Shown here piece after piece: positions 39,759-48,931 of a stretch of DNA of 64,000 nucleotides (the first letter of the stretch is position 1; the number at the start of each line of letters is the position of its first letter). Under the pieces are notes generated by a model. The model was not told where the DNA came from and did no database searches. It was given only the letters and a program-made list of their open reading frames with translations. Position numbers and translations under genes: made by a program. Source of the stretch: an uncultured bacterium (GTDB taxonomy: Bacteria; Zixibacteria; MSB-5A5; UBA10806); the NCBI GenBank assembly GCA_965541585.1, contig CBEUCH010000015.1, positions 7,120 through 71,119 of the forward strand, written 5' to 3'.

Positions 39759-40343
39759 GTTTGGCTCTCCTTAAAAATGCTCCACGTACCTTGAATGTGA
39801 TATCTGCCTCTGATCTATTCTACATTTTCAATCGGGCGAGATCGCCTTTTCTAATCGCAAATTCATTTTAGCTCAAATCAGTAAGATTGTAAAGCGGATC
39901 TCGTAACGCTAAGTGTCTGATTCATCAAACTCTCCATTTATCGTATTAGAATAGCGCTTTTATGGCTTATTTCTAACGATTCTGTGGCCAATGCGATTTA
40001 TTATTTGCGTCACTATCATGTTTCTTCCCCCTCGTTTTTATGGCACCACGGCAAAGGCCTCTGAGGCGCAATCGCCAGCCGGTTTGCCATAGTATCCGCC
40101 GTTAACTCGATACGACTGATTTGCAATTCTATGTCTGCCAATGGCTTATGTTTGCTGCATCGGGGTCCGAAACCAACCCGACCATCTACCAACGACTTAT
40201 GGGGATCGACGGGTGGCCCCAGAGTGCCTCCGAAATTTCAAACCGCTCAGGGACGATTTTGGGCCGTCTTCTCGTGACATCGAAATTCCATAAAATCTAC
40301 ACTAAATCGAGCTAGCGGGAAGAAGAAAAAGTAAAAAAACATT

Positions 40344-40372
40344 TGACAAAGCTACAATGTTTTAGTATAATT
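40344..40372 (+). promoter_or_regulatory. Consensus sigma70 promoter giving a leaderless transcript for the XRE gene
   Basis: TTGACA, then 17 nt, then TATAAT. The predicted transcription start is at or about 1 nt before ATG 40378. Confidence 0.45.
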
Positions 40373-40377
40373 AGTAT

Positions 40378-40824
40378 ATGAAAGAAACCCCTGATTTGAA
40401 ATCGCTCCGTCTGGCGCAAAAGCTAACCTTGGCCGAAGTGGCACTACGCATGGACGTTTCCAAAGGTTTTGTATGCCATCTGGAGAACGGAATCAGAAGA
40501 CTAAACGATGATCTGACCAAGCGGCTGGCAGCGGCTCTGGACTGTCCGGAAAACGAGGTATGGAAAGCCAGCCAACGTTCTGGCGAAAAGAATACGATTT
40601 CCAATAGCTGGATCTCTCAGGTAAGGATCAATGGCTATCCAGTTTTCGATGCTTTCAAGTATCATCTTGAAGCGAAGAAGAAAAAACCTGATGTCAGAAA
40701 TAGGGCAAGGCTCAGAAAACAGCTCGCACAATTCATAAGTGAGAACCTGCCGTTTTCGGTGATGGCTGAACTTTCAGAGAATGACATATTGCTGGACCAG
40801 GTTGTTGAGCACTGCAAAAAGTAA
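40378..40824 (+). CDS. XRE-family HTH transcriptional regulator (repressor-like) with a C-terminal extension
   Basis: The HTH is LTLAEVALRMDVSKGFVCHLENGIRRLNDDLTKRLAAAL (Cro/C1 type). It is divergent from the minus-strand operon, as phage repressors usually are. Confidence 0.6.
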   Translation: MKETPDLKSLRLAQKLTLAEVALRMDVSKGFVCHLENGIRRLNDDLTKRLAAALDCPENEVWKASQRSGEKNTISNSWISQVRINGYPVFDAFKYHLEAKKKKPDVRNRARLRKQLAQFISENLPFSVMAELSENDILLDQVVEHCKK

Positions 40825-40948
40825 CCTCTAGCCAATTCCACTACATCCAAACATTGAAATCATGGAAGGCCAGCTTGGCTGGTTGATGATTGATTGAAAC
40901 TAACCAGAGAGCCTCATCATTGGGGCGCTCGAAACCAAACAATAAATT

Positions 40949-41176
40949 ATGAATACAAAAGACATGAACTACGCAGCATATTTGCTGGCGAATAATCAAA
41001 AATTAGAAAACTGCTATGCTGAAGGACGCCGATTCTGGTTTGTGTTTTCGGATGATAAGGTTATTAATACGCTTGAAGAGCAGTATTATATGAATACTGG
41101 GGCTATTAAACCTCAGCACTTTATTAACGCGCAGAAAATATTGAAAAATCTGATAAGAAACTTCCGACCAGTATAG
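40949..41176 (+). CDS. Small hypothetical protein (75 aa)
   Basis: It is an open frame between the repressor-like gene and the primase. No motif is recognised. Confidence 0.3.
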   Translation: MNTKDMNYAAYLLANNQKLENCYAEGRRFWFVFSDDKVINTLEEQYYMNTGAIKPQHFINAQKILKNLIRNFRPV

Positions 41177-41241
41177 GTAGCGAAATATGAATATGAACAC
41201 TTGGAATATTAAAAACGAGTCATGCCATGACTTAGCCCTGA

Positions 41242-43767
41242 ATGTTTTGGGGCTTGAATATGAAGACTTTATCCAATTTAATTATTATGAACAGAAGTCT
41301 AATTTACGAGATTTTTTCACAACTTCAGGAAGGAGAGTACATCAGGTTAGCCTGGGAAGATAAAAATGAAGAGTTTCACTGGCAAGGAATAGACAACTAT
41401 GAACAATTTATAGCGAAAGTTAATGAATTAAGATCCAATCCCCATATAGCCAGTATCTGGTTTACGCCTCATCCGAGCAATTCGGAAACATCCCATGAAA
41501 ACGACAACGTTAAACATGTTCAATGGGTTTATGTCGATATCGATGATATTTCGACCGAAGATTTTATAAAGAACTACAATTTCATAAGACCAACATATAT
41601 TATTGCTACAGGTCACGGCGTTCAGCTTTATTGGCAGTTGAAGCAGCGTATAGCAGCACCTTTTGATGAATGGCGTTATGTCGAAAAGGCCATAGAGAAA
41701 AAGCTTAATGGAGAAAAAGGTTACCCTTGTGCTTTGCTTCGCGTTCCCGATACACCCAACAGAAAACATCTCATCGAGAAACATCGCAAAAAGGGATATA
41801 CAGTAGAAACCGATTGCAAGGTCATTGAATTTAATGATGTTGCCTACGGCCTTGATGATTTCATACAGGCCGGTTTGAAAATCAACGCTAAACCTGCTCC
41901 TACTATTCAAAGTAATGAATCTAAGCTGACAATCTCCGATCTAACGTGTATTCGTCAACACTGCGCTGCCGTAGACTCGGCGTTTAAATCTATTGAAAAT
42001 GACTCGGATAATGATAAAACGGCCGGTCACAATAAGCGTCTAACCGCTGCCAGCATCATAAAGCATACCGTTGATGATGAAGATTATGTGTTAAAGCTGT
42101 TCGGTAACACTGCTGATTTTAAAAAGGATGTCACGCTAAAGAACTATCAAAGTATAAAACAAAAACCAATCACTTGTAGGCAATTGCAGGAATGGAATCT
42201 TTGCTTCAAACCTTGCCAACTGATCCAAGACCTGAACAAGAAAAGCCCTATAGTATTTGCCTACCGCAAAGGAGTTCAGCTTAAGCGGACTAACGAATTA
42301 TTAAGCGACACTGAAAACGATGCCTGTTTTGAAGAACTTATGAAGCGGGCCAAAACAGTAGAAAATCCCGTTAATCAGTTAAAACTTATCAACAGAATAC
42401 AGGCTACAACCGGATTGAATAAAGCGGAAATCAGCCATTATATGCGTCGGGTCAAGGTTTTCGATGAATTAAATTCATATATAGTCAATGCCCAAGTGGA
42501 TCCTGTAAGAGCGGCAAAATACATAATCAAAAAATATCAACTGATGCGTTTTCAACAGGACTTTTATCAATTTGATGACGGCATATGGGAGCATAAACCG
42601 CAGGAAGAAACCGAATCACTTATTCATCACGAAATTGAAAAATACTCGGACAACCATACAATCAGCGAAGTCATTAACGCCGTAAAACGCGAATCATTGA
42701 TTACACATATACAAGTTGAGGATGCCCAGGATACTTATGTGATCGCGGCCGGTAACGGCTTATTAGATGTTCGTAATGACTCGCTTCGAGATTTTAAACC
42801 CGAAGATTATAGATTTGGGAAAATGGGTGCTGGTTATAATCCCGATGCCGATTGTCCGGCATTTAAGGATTTCATTAAAGAGCTGTTTCTTTTTGATGTT
42901 GACGCGTCAGATAAAAGGCTATTGGTGCAGGAGATATTTGGATATCTTTTAATCCCTGATTATACTTTGATAAAAAAGATGTTTTATTTCTACGGCCCTA
43001 AAGCCAACAACGGCAAATCCAGCCTAATTGAAATCATCCGATCGATTATGGGACCGGGCTACTTTGACAGCGTTCCTATGGATAAAATGAATGGTTTTCT
43101 GTTAAAACGCCTAATGGGAAAACATGCAAACGTCGTAGGAGATCAGGATGCTTACACTAAAGTTCCTGATGGAGTATTGAAACAGCTTATTGGCGGCATG
43201 GACGAAATTACCGCAGATGTGAAGTATAAAGATGCAATTAGCTTTATCAATCATGCCAGGCTGATATTCGCAGTAAACAAACTCCCATATTCTGAAGCGA
43301 AGGATGAGGGATACTTTACCAGGGCGGTTATTCTAACATTCAACAATCAATTTCTTATTAATCCAGACAAGAAGGATCCGCGGCAGATGAAAGCTGATAT
43401 TGAAAAGATACAGTACATAAAGGATAACGAAAAGGAGGGCATCCTAAATTGGATGCTGGAAGGTTTGAAAAGGCTATTGGTAAATAAGAAATTGACAATC
43501 CCGGCAACTTCGGCAACTGCCTTGAAGGACTACAAAACGAACAATAACAGCATATTACTATTTGTTAGTGATAGATGTCAGCTTGGATCATCATTTGAAG
43601 TGAGTCAATCTGAGTTGTATACCGATTATAAGGCATGGTGCTTAGATCAGGGATTTAAATTCTATGCAAATGCAATTACTTTCTGTGATCTACTTGAGCG
43701 GGAGTATAACGTAGCCCGCCAGAGGAATAAAAATTCACGACAGCTGTTAGGAATTCAAATGGCATAA
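41242..43767 (+). CDS. Primase-polymerase / D5-like helicase replication protein (phage/plasmid primase, P4 family C-terminal domain)
   Basis: The C-terminal NTPase has Walker A FYFYGPKANNGKSS and the surrounding conservation of the P4 alpha / poxvirus D5 family. The N-terminal half resembles a bifunctional prim-pol domain. Confidence 0.65.
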   Translation: MFWGLNMKTLSNLIIMNRSLIYEIFSQLQEGEYIRLAWEDKNEEFHWQGIDNYEQFIAKVNELRSNPHIASIWFTPHPSNSETSHENDNVKHVQWVYVDIDDISTEDFIKNYNFIRPTYIIATGHGVQLYWQLKQRIAAPFDEWRYVEKAIEKKLNGEKGYPCALLRVPDTPNRKHLIEKHRKKGYTVETDCKVIEFNDVAYGLDDFIQAGLKINAKPAPTIQSNESKLTISDLTCIRQHCAAVDSAFKSIENDSDNDKTAGHNKRLTAASIIKHTVDDEDYVLKLFGNTADFKKDVTLKNYQSIKQKPITCRQLQEWNLCFKPCQLIQDLNKKSPIVFAYRKGVQLKRTNELLSDTENDACFEELMKRAKTVENPVNQLKLINRIQATTGLNKAEISHYMRRVKVFDELNSYIVNAQVDPVRAAKYIIKKYQLMRFQQDFYQFDDGIWEHKPQEETESLIHHEIEKYSDNHTISEVINAVKRESLITHIQVEDAQDTYVIAAGNGLLDVRNDSLRDFKPEDYRFGKMGAGYNPDADCPAFKDFIKELFLFDVDASDKRLLVQEIFGYLLIPDYTLIKKMFYFYGPKANNGKSSLIEIIRSIMGPGYFDSVPMDKMNGFLLKRLMGKHANVVGDQDAYTKVPDGVLKQLIGGMDEITADVKYKDAISFINHARLIFAVNKLPYSEAKDEGYFTRAVILTFNNQFLINPDKKDPRQMKADIEKIQYIKDNEKEGILNWMLEGLKRLLVNKKLTIPATSATALKDYKTNNNSILLFVSDRCQLGSSFEVSQSELYTDYKAWCLDQGFKFYANAITFCDLLEREYNVARQRNKNSRQLLGIQMA

Positions 43768-44004
43768 TTGTCACCTTTGTCACCCTCTGTCACCGCCTAA
43801 GTCGTTGTGTAACAAGAGAAATGACAAAATGACAAGAAAATAGCCTAGAAAAGTATTACAGGAAAATTGATAGACACACAAATACAGGAGAATAGTTTTT
43901 TACGGTCATTTTTGTCACCCGGGCACTAAAAAGTTGTTAACTTGCTGCATATCAATTGATTGCGGCGAAAAAACAGGGTGACAAAAAGGTGACAAAGGTG
44001 ACAG
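43768..44004. repeat. Iteron cluster (putative ori): 3x TGTCACC direct repeats (43768-43794), a single copy at 43913, and 3x inverted GGTGACA (43977-44004) at roughly 10-11 bp phasing
   Basis: Read directly: ttgtcacctttgtcaccctctgtcacc ... ttttgtcacccggg ... gggtgacaaaaaggtgacaaaggtgacag. It lies immediately 3' of the primase gene. Confidence 0.55.
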
Positions 44005-44303
44005 AAATATATCATGACGTACAGAAAGAAATTCATACCCGAAGCTAATCTGAGGAAGATAATAAAACATCCAAACCATCCAAGACTTGATAACGAAGAG
44101 AAACCTAAACCACAATATGAGGACGGTAGTGGTTTCTTGGCCGAGATGCGCCAGCTTGACTTTGCAGCTGACGAAGCCCTCAAATCCCACGCGGCGACTA
44201 CAAGTTAAGGGGGGTACACGCCATTAACCAGAGAATATTAGAAGAACACTTATGAAATAATATCCAAGCAGGTAATGTTCAACAATTTAACCAGCAATAA
44301 ATA

Positions 44304-44786
44304 ATGCTAATAAACCATAACGGCATCATATGCCACATATCAAAAATAGACCAGCCTCACAGGATCTGGTACCATATTTGGGTAGACCTTGAAAGATACG
44401 GGGAAGACTATATACGCGAAAAGTTCGGCGTAACAGATCCCAGAATCCAGCGTAAAATACAGGACGAGTTTTATCGCGCCGTCATATCCTATAGGTCGAA
44501 GCCGACCGAGATATTGGAGGAGCATGCCCTTCGGCTGGATAAAACGGATTACCCATTCTATTTGACCGATAAAACCAAGGATTCAGTTACGGTATTTATG
44601 GAGAAAGGACTATTTACGTTGTATCCTGGTCAGCCAAACGGCATGGATCGGCCTCCTAATGGATATCCCTGGGCGATCATCTATAACACCGACACACCTG
44701 AAATCATCCAAGCCAAGTTGTATGATCACAGGAAGCGGTTTGGCCCAGCTATGCGAAAGAAGCTCTGGAAAGTCTGCGGTTGGTAG
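44304..44786 (+). CDS. Hypothetical protein (160 aa)
   Basis: An open frame, followed by a strong terminator. No family is recognised. Confidence 0.35.
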   Translation: MLINHNGIICHISKIDQPHRIWYHIWVDLERYGEDYIREKFGVTDPRIQRKIQDEFYRAVISYRSKPTEILEEHALRLDKTDYPFYLTDKTKDSVTVFMEKGLFTLYPGQPNGMDRPPNGYPWAIIYNTDTPEIIQAKLYDHRKRFGPAMRKKLWKVCGW

Positions 44787-44794
44787 CCCAACCT

Positions 44795-44832
44795 CCACCC
44801 CGCCCCTGCCTTTTGGTGGGGGCGTTTTTTTA
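44795..44832 (+). terminator. Rho-independent terminator
   Basis: A GC-rich hairpin (ccaccccgcccc...ggtgggggcg) is followed by TTTTTTT. Confidence 0.5.
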
Positions 44833-44932
44833 TTGCCCGGTATCAAAAACAGCTTGCATAAGACTATAGCCGAGTATAACTTGGATTATTAACATACGTT
44901 AACCCCATTTTGCGAGGGCTAAGATAGATAAT

Positions 44933-46483
44933 ATGGCGAAAAAGGATATCAAAAAGAATTCCGAAAGTTTCGAAAAAACACTATTTAAAGCAGCGGACAA
45001 ATTAAGAAAAAACATAGACGCGGCTGAGTATAAGCATATTGTACTCGGCCTTATTTTTTTGAAGTATATTTCTGACTCATTTGAGGAATTACACATAAAC
45101 CTCCTGGCAGGCAAAGGCGAATACAAAGGAGCCGATCCTGAAGATGCCGATGAATACCGTGCTGAGAATGTCTTCTGGGTTCCCAAGGTTGCTCGCTGGT
45201 CGCATCTTCACTCACGAGCCAAACAGCCAACTATCGGAAAAGATGTTGACGATGCAATGGAGGCAATCGAAAAAGAGAACAAGACCCTCAAAGGTATCCT
45301 CCCCAAAGTTTTCGCCAAACCAAATCTCGACAAGACTTCATTAGGTGGGCTGATTGACATGATCGGCAACATTGCTCTTGGTGATGAGGCTTCAAAGAGC
45401 AAAGATATACTTGGTCGAGTCTATGAGTATTTTCTTGGCGAATTTGCTTTGGCAGAAGGCAAGAAAGGCGGACAGTTCTTTACTCCCAAGTCAATCGTCC
45501 AGACTATGGTCGAAATGATCGCACCCTACAAGGGCAGGGTATTTGACCCCTGCTGTGGTTCTGGCGGAATGTTTGTAATGAGTGAGAAGTTCGTTGCCAG
45601 CCATAAAGGTAAGGTCAACGATATTTCCATATACGGTCAGGAAAGCAACCAGACTACTTATCGCTTGTGCAGAATGAACCTGGCATTGCGTGGCATCGAT
45701 GGCTCGCAGGTTAAGTGGAACAATGAAGGCTCCTTTCTAAAGGATGAACACAGGGACTTGAAGGCCGATTTCATTCTGGCTAATCCGCCATTCAATGATA
45801 GTGACTGGAGCGGTCAACTCCTGAGAAAAGACCCTCGTTGGCAGTACGGCGCACCACCCACTGGGAATGCCAACTATGCGTGGATGCAACACATGATTTA
45901 TCATTTGTCCCCAAAAGGGATTATGGGATTGGTGCTTGCCAATGGGTCGCTCTCTTCGAATACATCTGGCGAAGGGGACATCCGTAATAGTATTATAGGT
46001 GCTGACTTGGTGGATTGCATTGTCGCTCTGCCAAAGAATCTTTTCTATAACGTCACTATTCCTGCGTGCCTTTGGTTTCTTTCCCGTAAACGGACAGGCA
46101 ATGGTAATAGGAAACGCTCGGGCGAGATTCTTTTCATAGATGCTACCGAAGTAGGCCACATGATTGATCGCACTCATCGGGTGTTTACCGATGAGGATGT
46201 GTTGAGACTTGCCAACACCTACCATGAGTGGAGAAAAGAGAATGGCAACTATGAAGATATCAAGGGCTTTTGCAAATCTGCCGCACTCAAGAACGTAGAA
46301 AAGCACAAATTCGTCCTCACACCAGGGCGTTATGTCGGCATTCCCGACGAAGAAGATGACGGTATTCCTTTTGATGAAAAGATGAAATCGCTTACTGGTG
46401 AATTGGCCCAACAAATGTCAGACGAAAAGCGGCTCGATAGTGAGATACAGAAGCAGCTAAAGAATGTCGGGTATAACATTTAG
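44933..46483 (+). CDS. hsdM: Type I restriction-modification system DNA methyltransferase subunit
   Basis: It has the HsdM N-domain ([15 protein letters not shown]), AdoMet motif I ([13 protein letters not shown]) and motif IV (NPPF, in [12 protein letters not shown]). Confidence 0.85.
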   Translation: MAKKDIKKNSESFEKTLFKAADKLRKNIDAAEYKHIVLGLIFLKYISDSFEELHINLLAGKGEYKGADPEDADEYRAENVFWVPKVARWSHLHSRAKQPTIGKDVDDAMEAIEKENKTLKGILPKVFAKPNLDKTSLGGLIDMIGNIALGDEASKSKDILGRVYEYFLGEFALAEGKKGGQFFTPKSIVQTMVEMIAPYKGRVFDPCCGSGGMFVMSEKFVASHKGKVNDISIYGQESNQTTYRLCRMNLALRGIDGSQVKWNNEGSFLKDEHRDLKADFILANPPFNDSDWSGQLLRKDPRWQYGAPPTGNANYAWMQHMIYHLSPKGIMGLVLANGSLSSNTSGEGDIRNSIIGADLVDCIVALPKNLFYNVTIPACLWFLSRKRTGNGNRKRSGEILFIDATEVGHMIDRTHRVFTDEDVLRLANTYHEWRKENGNYEDIKGFCKSAALKNVEKHKFVLTPGRYVGIPDEEDDGIPFDEKMKSLTGELAQQMSDEKRLDSEIQKQLKNVGYNI

Positions 46484-46503
46484 CCGAGAACTAACTTGAG
46501 GTT

Positions 46504-47367
46504 ATGGCAAAATTAGGCATTTCAGAGTTTTCATTCAGCTTTTCTTTTCTGCATGAGCAGGTAAATAGAAATGGTAGACCATTCTGTGTTCCTGTATTAC
46601 CCTCTCTGCGTAGAGAATCTGATGTAGGGTATGATGCTAAGCTTCCTAAAAAGGGGATTGACTACTATTTCCAATTCAAAATGAGTGATTACTTGCGAGG
46701 TGGAAATGCCAAATTTATTAAGGATGGCACATATAGAAGTCTTTACTATCGAATTGCTCTGCATAAGGCCAAGAAGAACAAACAGCACAATCTTCTCTAT
46801 ATGCTTTCTCAAAAGAACCCATATGTTTACTACGTTGCACCTAAGCTAAGAACAGATCAGTCATTTTATGATGCTTGTGTAAGAAGGTTAGTTACGGTGA
46901 GTTCAATGATGATTCCAGTGGATTCCTGTGGTTATGTCAGCGATTCGCTTCAACACTTTGTGACATATCCAGAATTTGGCTATGAGTGGCATTTCCATTC
47001 AAAGCCCAAGCGATTTGATAATGCAATTGAAGGGGAGCGGATAGTTTCGCACTTCGCAGAAAGTTCTAAGAACTGGGTGGCTATCAACAAGGAATTCGCT
47101 TTGAATGTTTATGAACGAATAAAGCAATCAACATATGTATATCAGAGTGGTGATTTTGAAGGGATAGAAGATAATACGAGGAAAGCTATAGGCGATGACA
47201 AAAGATTAGGTATCGTAGGCGTAGAAACCAAAAAGCCAACTTTCAATGTTGAAGAGTTCTTTGATCGGAATATAAAAAAGTCAGATACTTTTACGATATT
47301 GCAGAGAGCATCCGCTATTGCGATGATGTTATATGGTTCAGCACTGATGATAGTCGGTGAAAACTAA
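46504..47367 (+). CDS. Hypothetical protein inserted between hsdM and hsdS
   Basis: It is a 287-aa open frame within the R-M operon, with 20-bp gaps either side. No motif is recognised. Confidence 0.4.
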   Translation: MAKLGISEFSFSFSFLHEQVNRNGRPFCVPVLPSLRRESDVGYDAKLPKKGIDYYFQFKMSDYLRGGNAKFIKDGTYRSLYYRIALHKAKKNKQHNLLYMLSQKNPYVYYVAPKLRTDQSFYDACVRRLVTVSSMMIPVDSCGYVSDSLQHFVTYPEFGYEWHFHSKPKRFDNAIEGERIVSHFAESSKNWVAINKEFALNVYERIKQSTYVYQSGDFEGIEDNTRKAIGDDKRLGIVGVETKKPTFNVEEFFDRNIKKSDTFTILQRASAIAMMLYGSALMIVGEN

Positions 47368-47372
47368 CAATT

Positions 47373-48542
47373 ATGAACAAGACTGATTCAAAGCAAATAC
47401 CTGATGGATGGAAAGAAACAACATTGGGAGCACTTGTTACCTTTCAACGTGGTCATGATTTGCCGAGATCTAAAATGGTTGATGGTTCTTTTCCAATCAT
47501 GGGGTCAAATGGTATTATTGGATTTCATAACCAAAGTACAACAAAAGCTCCAGGCGTGACAATCGGTAGAAGTGGTAATATTGGAAGAGCCTTTTTAGTG
47601 AAAAGAGATTATTGGGCGCATAACACAACATTATATTCCAAACAGTTTCATGATTCGGATCCTGTTTTTGTATATTATTTAGTGAAAAACCTAAAATTTG
47701 AAAGATTCAATTCGGGTAGTGCTGTTCCAAGTTTAAATAGAAACTTCATTCATCCGATTCAGCTAAATGCTCCAATTATCTTTGAACAAAAAGCCATTGC
47801 CAGGGTTTTATCCTCTCTCGATGACAAGATTGAGTTGCTACGCAAGCAGAATGAAACCCTTGAAGCGATAGCACAGACAATCTTCAAAGAGTGGTTTGTG
47901 AACTTCAACTTCCCTGACAAAAATGGAAAGCCGTTCAAGGACGGCGGCGGCAAGATGATCGACTCCGAGCTGGGCGAGATTCCTGACGGGTGGAGAGTGG
48001 GTAAACTCGGCGACGAGTTTGGCATACTAATGGGGCAATCGCCACCTGGAACAAGCTACAATGAAGAAAGCGAAGGGGTTGTATTTTTTCAGGGCAGAAC
48101 TGATTTTCAAGAACGATTTCCAAAAGTTAGGCTCTATACAACAGAACCCAAGAGAATCGCTGAAGCATTTGATGTATTGGTAAGCGTAAGAGCACCAGTC
48201 GGTGATGTTAATGTTGCCATTGAAACCTGCTGCATTGGTCGAGGTCTAAGCTCTGTAAGAGGACAGCAACAATCCTACACATTGTACAAAATGAAGTTTT
48301 TGGGAGACGTATTGCGACGATTCGATGCAGAAGGGACAGTTTTTGGGTCAATTAGCAAAGATGATTTCAAGAGTATTGAAGTCCTGACACCGATGGAAGA
48401 ATGGATAAACTCATTTGAGAACACAGTCAATCCATTGGATCAGAAAATACTCTCAAATTATAAGCAAATACAAACATTAACTCGACTACGAGACATTCTG
48501 CTGCCCAAGTTGATGAGTGGGCAGGTGAGGGTGAGGATGTAG
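47373..48542 (+). CDS. hsdS: Type I R-M specificity subunit with two target-recognition domains
   Basis: The central conserved coiled region ELLRKQNETLEAIAQTIFKEWFVNFNFPD and the repeated TRD architecture are present. It is 389 aa. Confidence 0.8.
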   Translation: MNKTDSKQIPDGWKETTLGALVTFQRGHDLPRSKMVDGSFPIMGSNGIIGFHNQSTTKAPGVTIGRSGNIGRAFLVKRDYWAHNTTLYSKQFHDSDPVFVYYLVKNLKFERFNSGSAVPSLNRNFIHPIQLNAPIIFEQKAIARVLSSLDDKIELLRKQNETLEAIAQTIFKEWFVNFNFPDKNGKPFKDGGGKMIDSELGEIPDGWRVGKLGDEFGILMGQSPPGTSYNEESEGVVFFQGRTDFQERFPKVRLYTTEPKRIAEAFDVLVSVRAPVGDVNVAIETCCIGRGLSSVRGQQQSYTLYKMKFLGDVLRRFDAEGTVFGSISKDDFKSIEVLTPMEEWINSFENTVNPLDQKILSNYKQIQTLTRLRDILLPKLMSGQVRVRM

Positions 48543-48557
48543 AAGGAGGGAATCAAA

Positions 48558-48923
48558 ATGGAAAGGTATATTCTAACAACCTATGATAAGAACAGATTAA
48601 GCTCCTATCCTATGATAATTTCAATACACGGTAAATCGTGGTGTTGTAAGCAGGCTCGAATCCTTGTTCAAAGTATGGATGGTGGTTTCATAACTGCTAA
48701 CTGTATGAAATGTAATAATAAAACGAATGTATTGATTGACGAATTTCAATCTTTTGATAGAGACGTAAACTGTCCCAAATGTGGTATGGTTATGTCTCCT
48801 GCTTATGTCCCTGATGGAAGTAAAATTGAAGAACGTAACTATGGTTTTAAGTGCATGAAATGTGATATTTATATATGGGCATCTGATTTAATTCCATATT
48901 ATGAAGATTTTCCATATAGATAA
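48558..48923 (+). CDS. Small zinc-ribbon protein (four CxxC pairs) inserted between hsdS and hsdR
   Basis: CC-KQ, CMKCNNK, CPKCGM and CMKCD motifs are present. AGGAGGG lies 6 nt before ATG 48558. Confidence 0.4.
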   Translation: MERYILTTYDKNRLSSYPMIISIHGKSWCCKQARILVQSMDGGFITANCMKCNNKTNVLIDEFQSFDRDVNCPKCGMVMSPAYVPDGSKIEERNYGFKCMKCDIYIWASDLIPYYEDFPYR

Positions 48924-48931
48924 TAAGAAAC

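Noticed and set aside
40121-40315. 64-aa ORF in the divergent intergenic region
   Set aside because: It lies in the probable regulatory switch region, and no RBS was found.
43768-44004. Possibility that the TGTCACC repeats are a CRISPR array
   Set aside because: The repeats are 7 bp with 2-4 bp spacers and inverted clusters, so there is no repeat-spacer architecture. They are interpreted as iterons.
44014-44208. 64-aa ORF starting right after the inverted iteron cluster
   Set aside because: There is no Shine-Dalgarno and no motif. It could be real (small ORFs near origins are common) but I cannot support it.
45737-46414. 225-aa minus-strand ORF
   Set aside because: It is antisense to hsdM.
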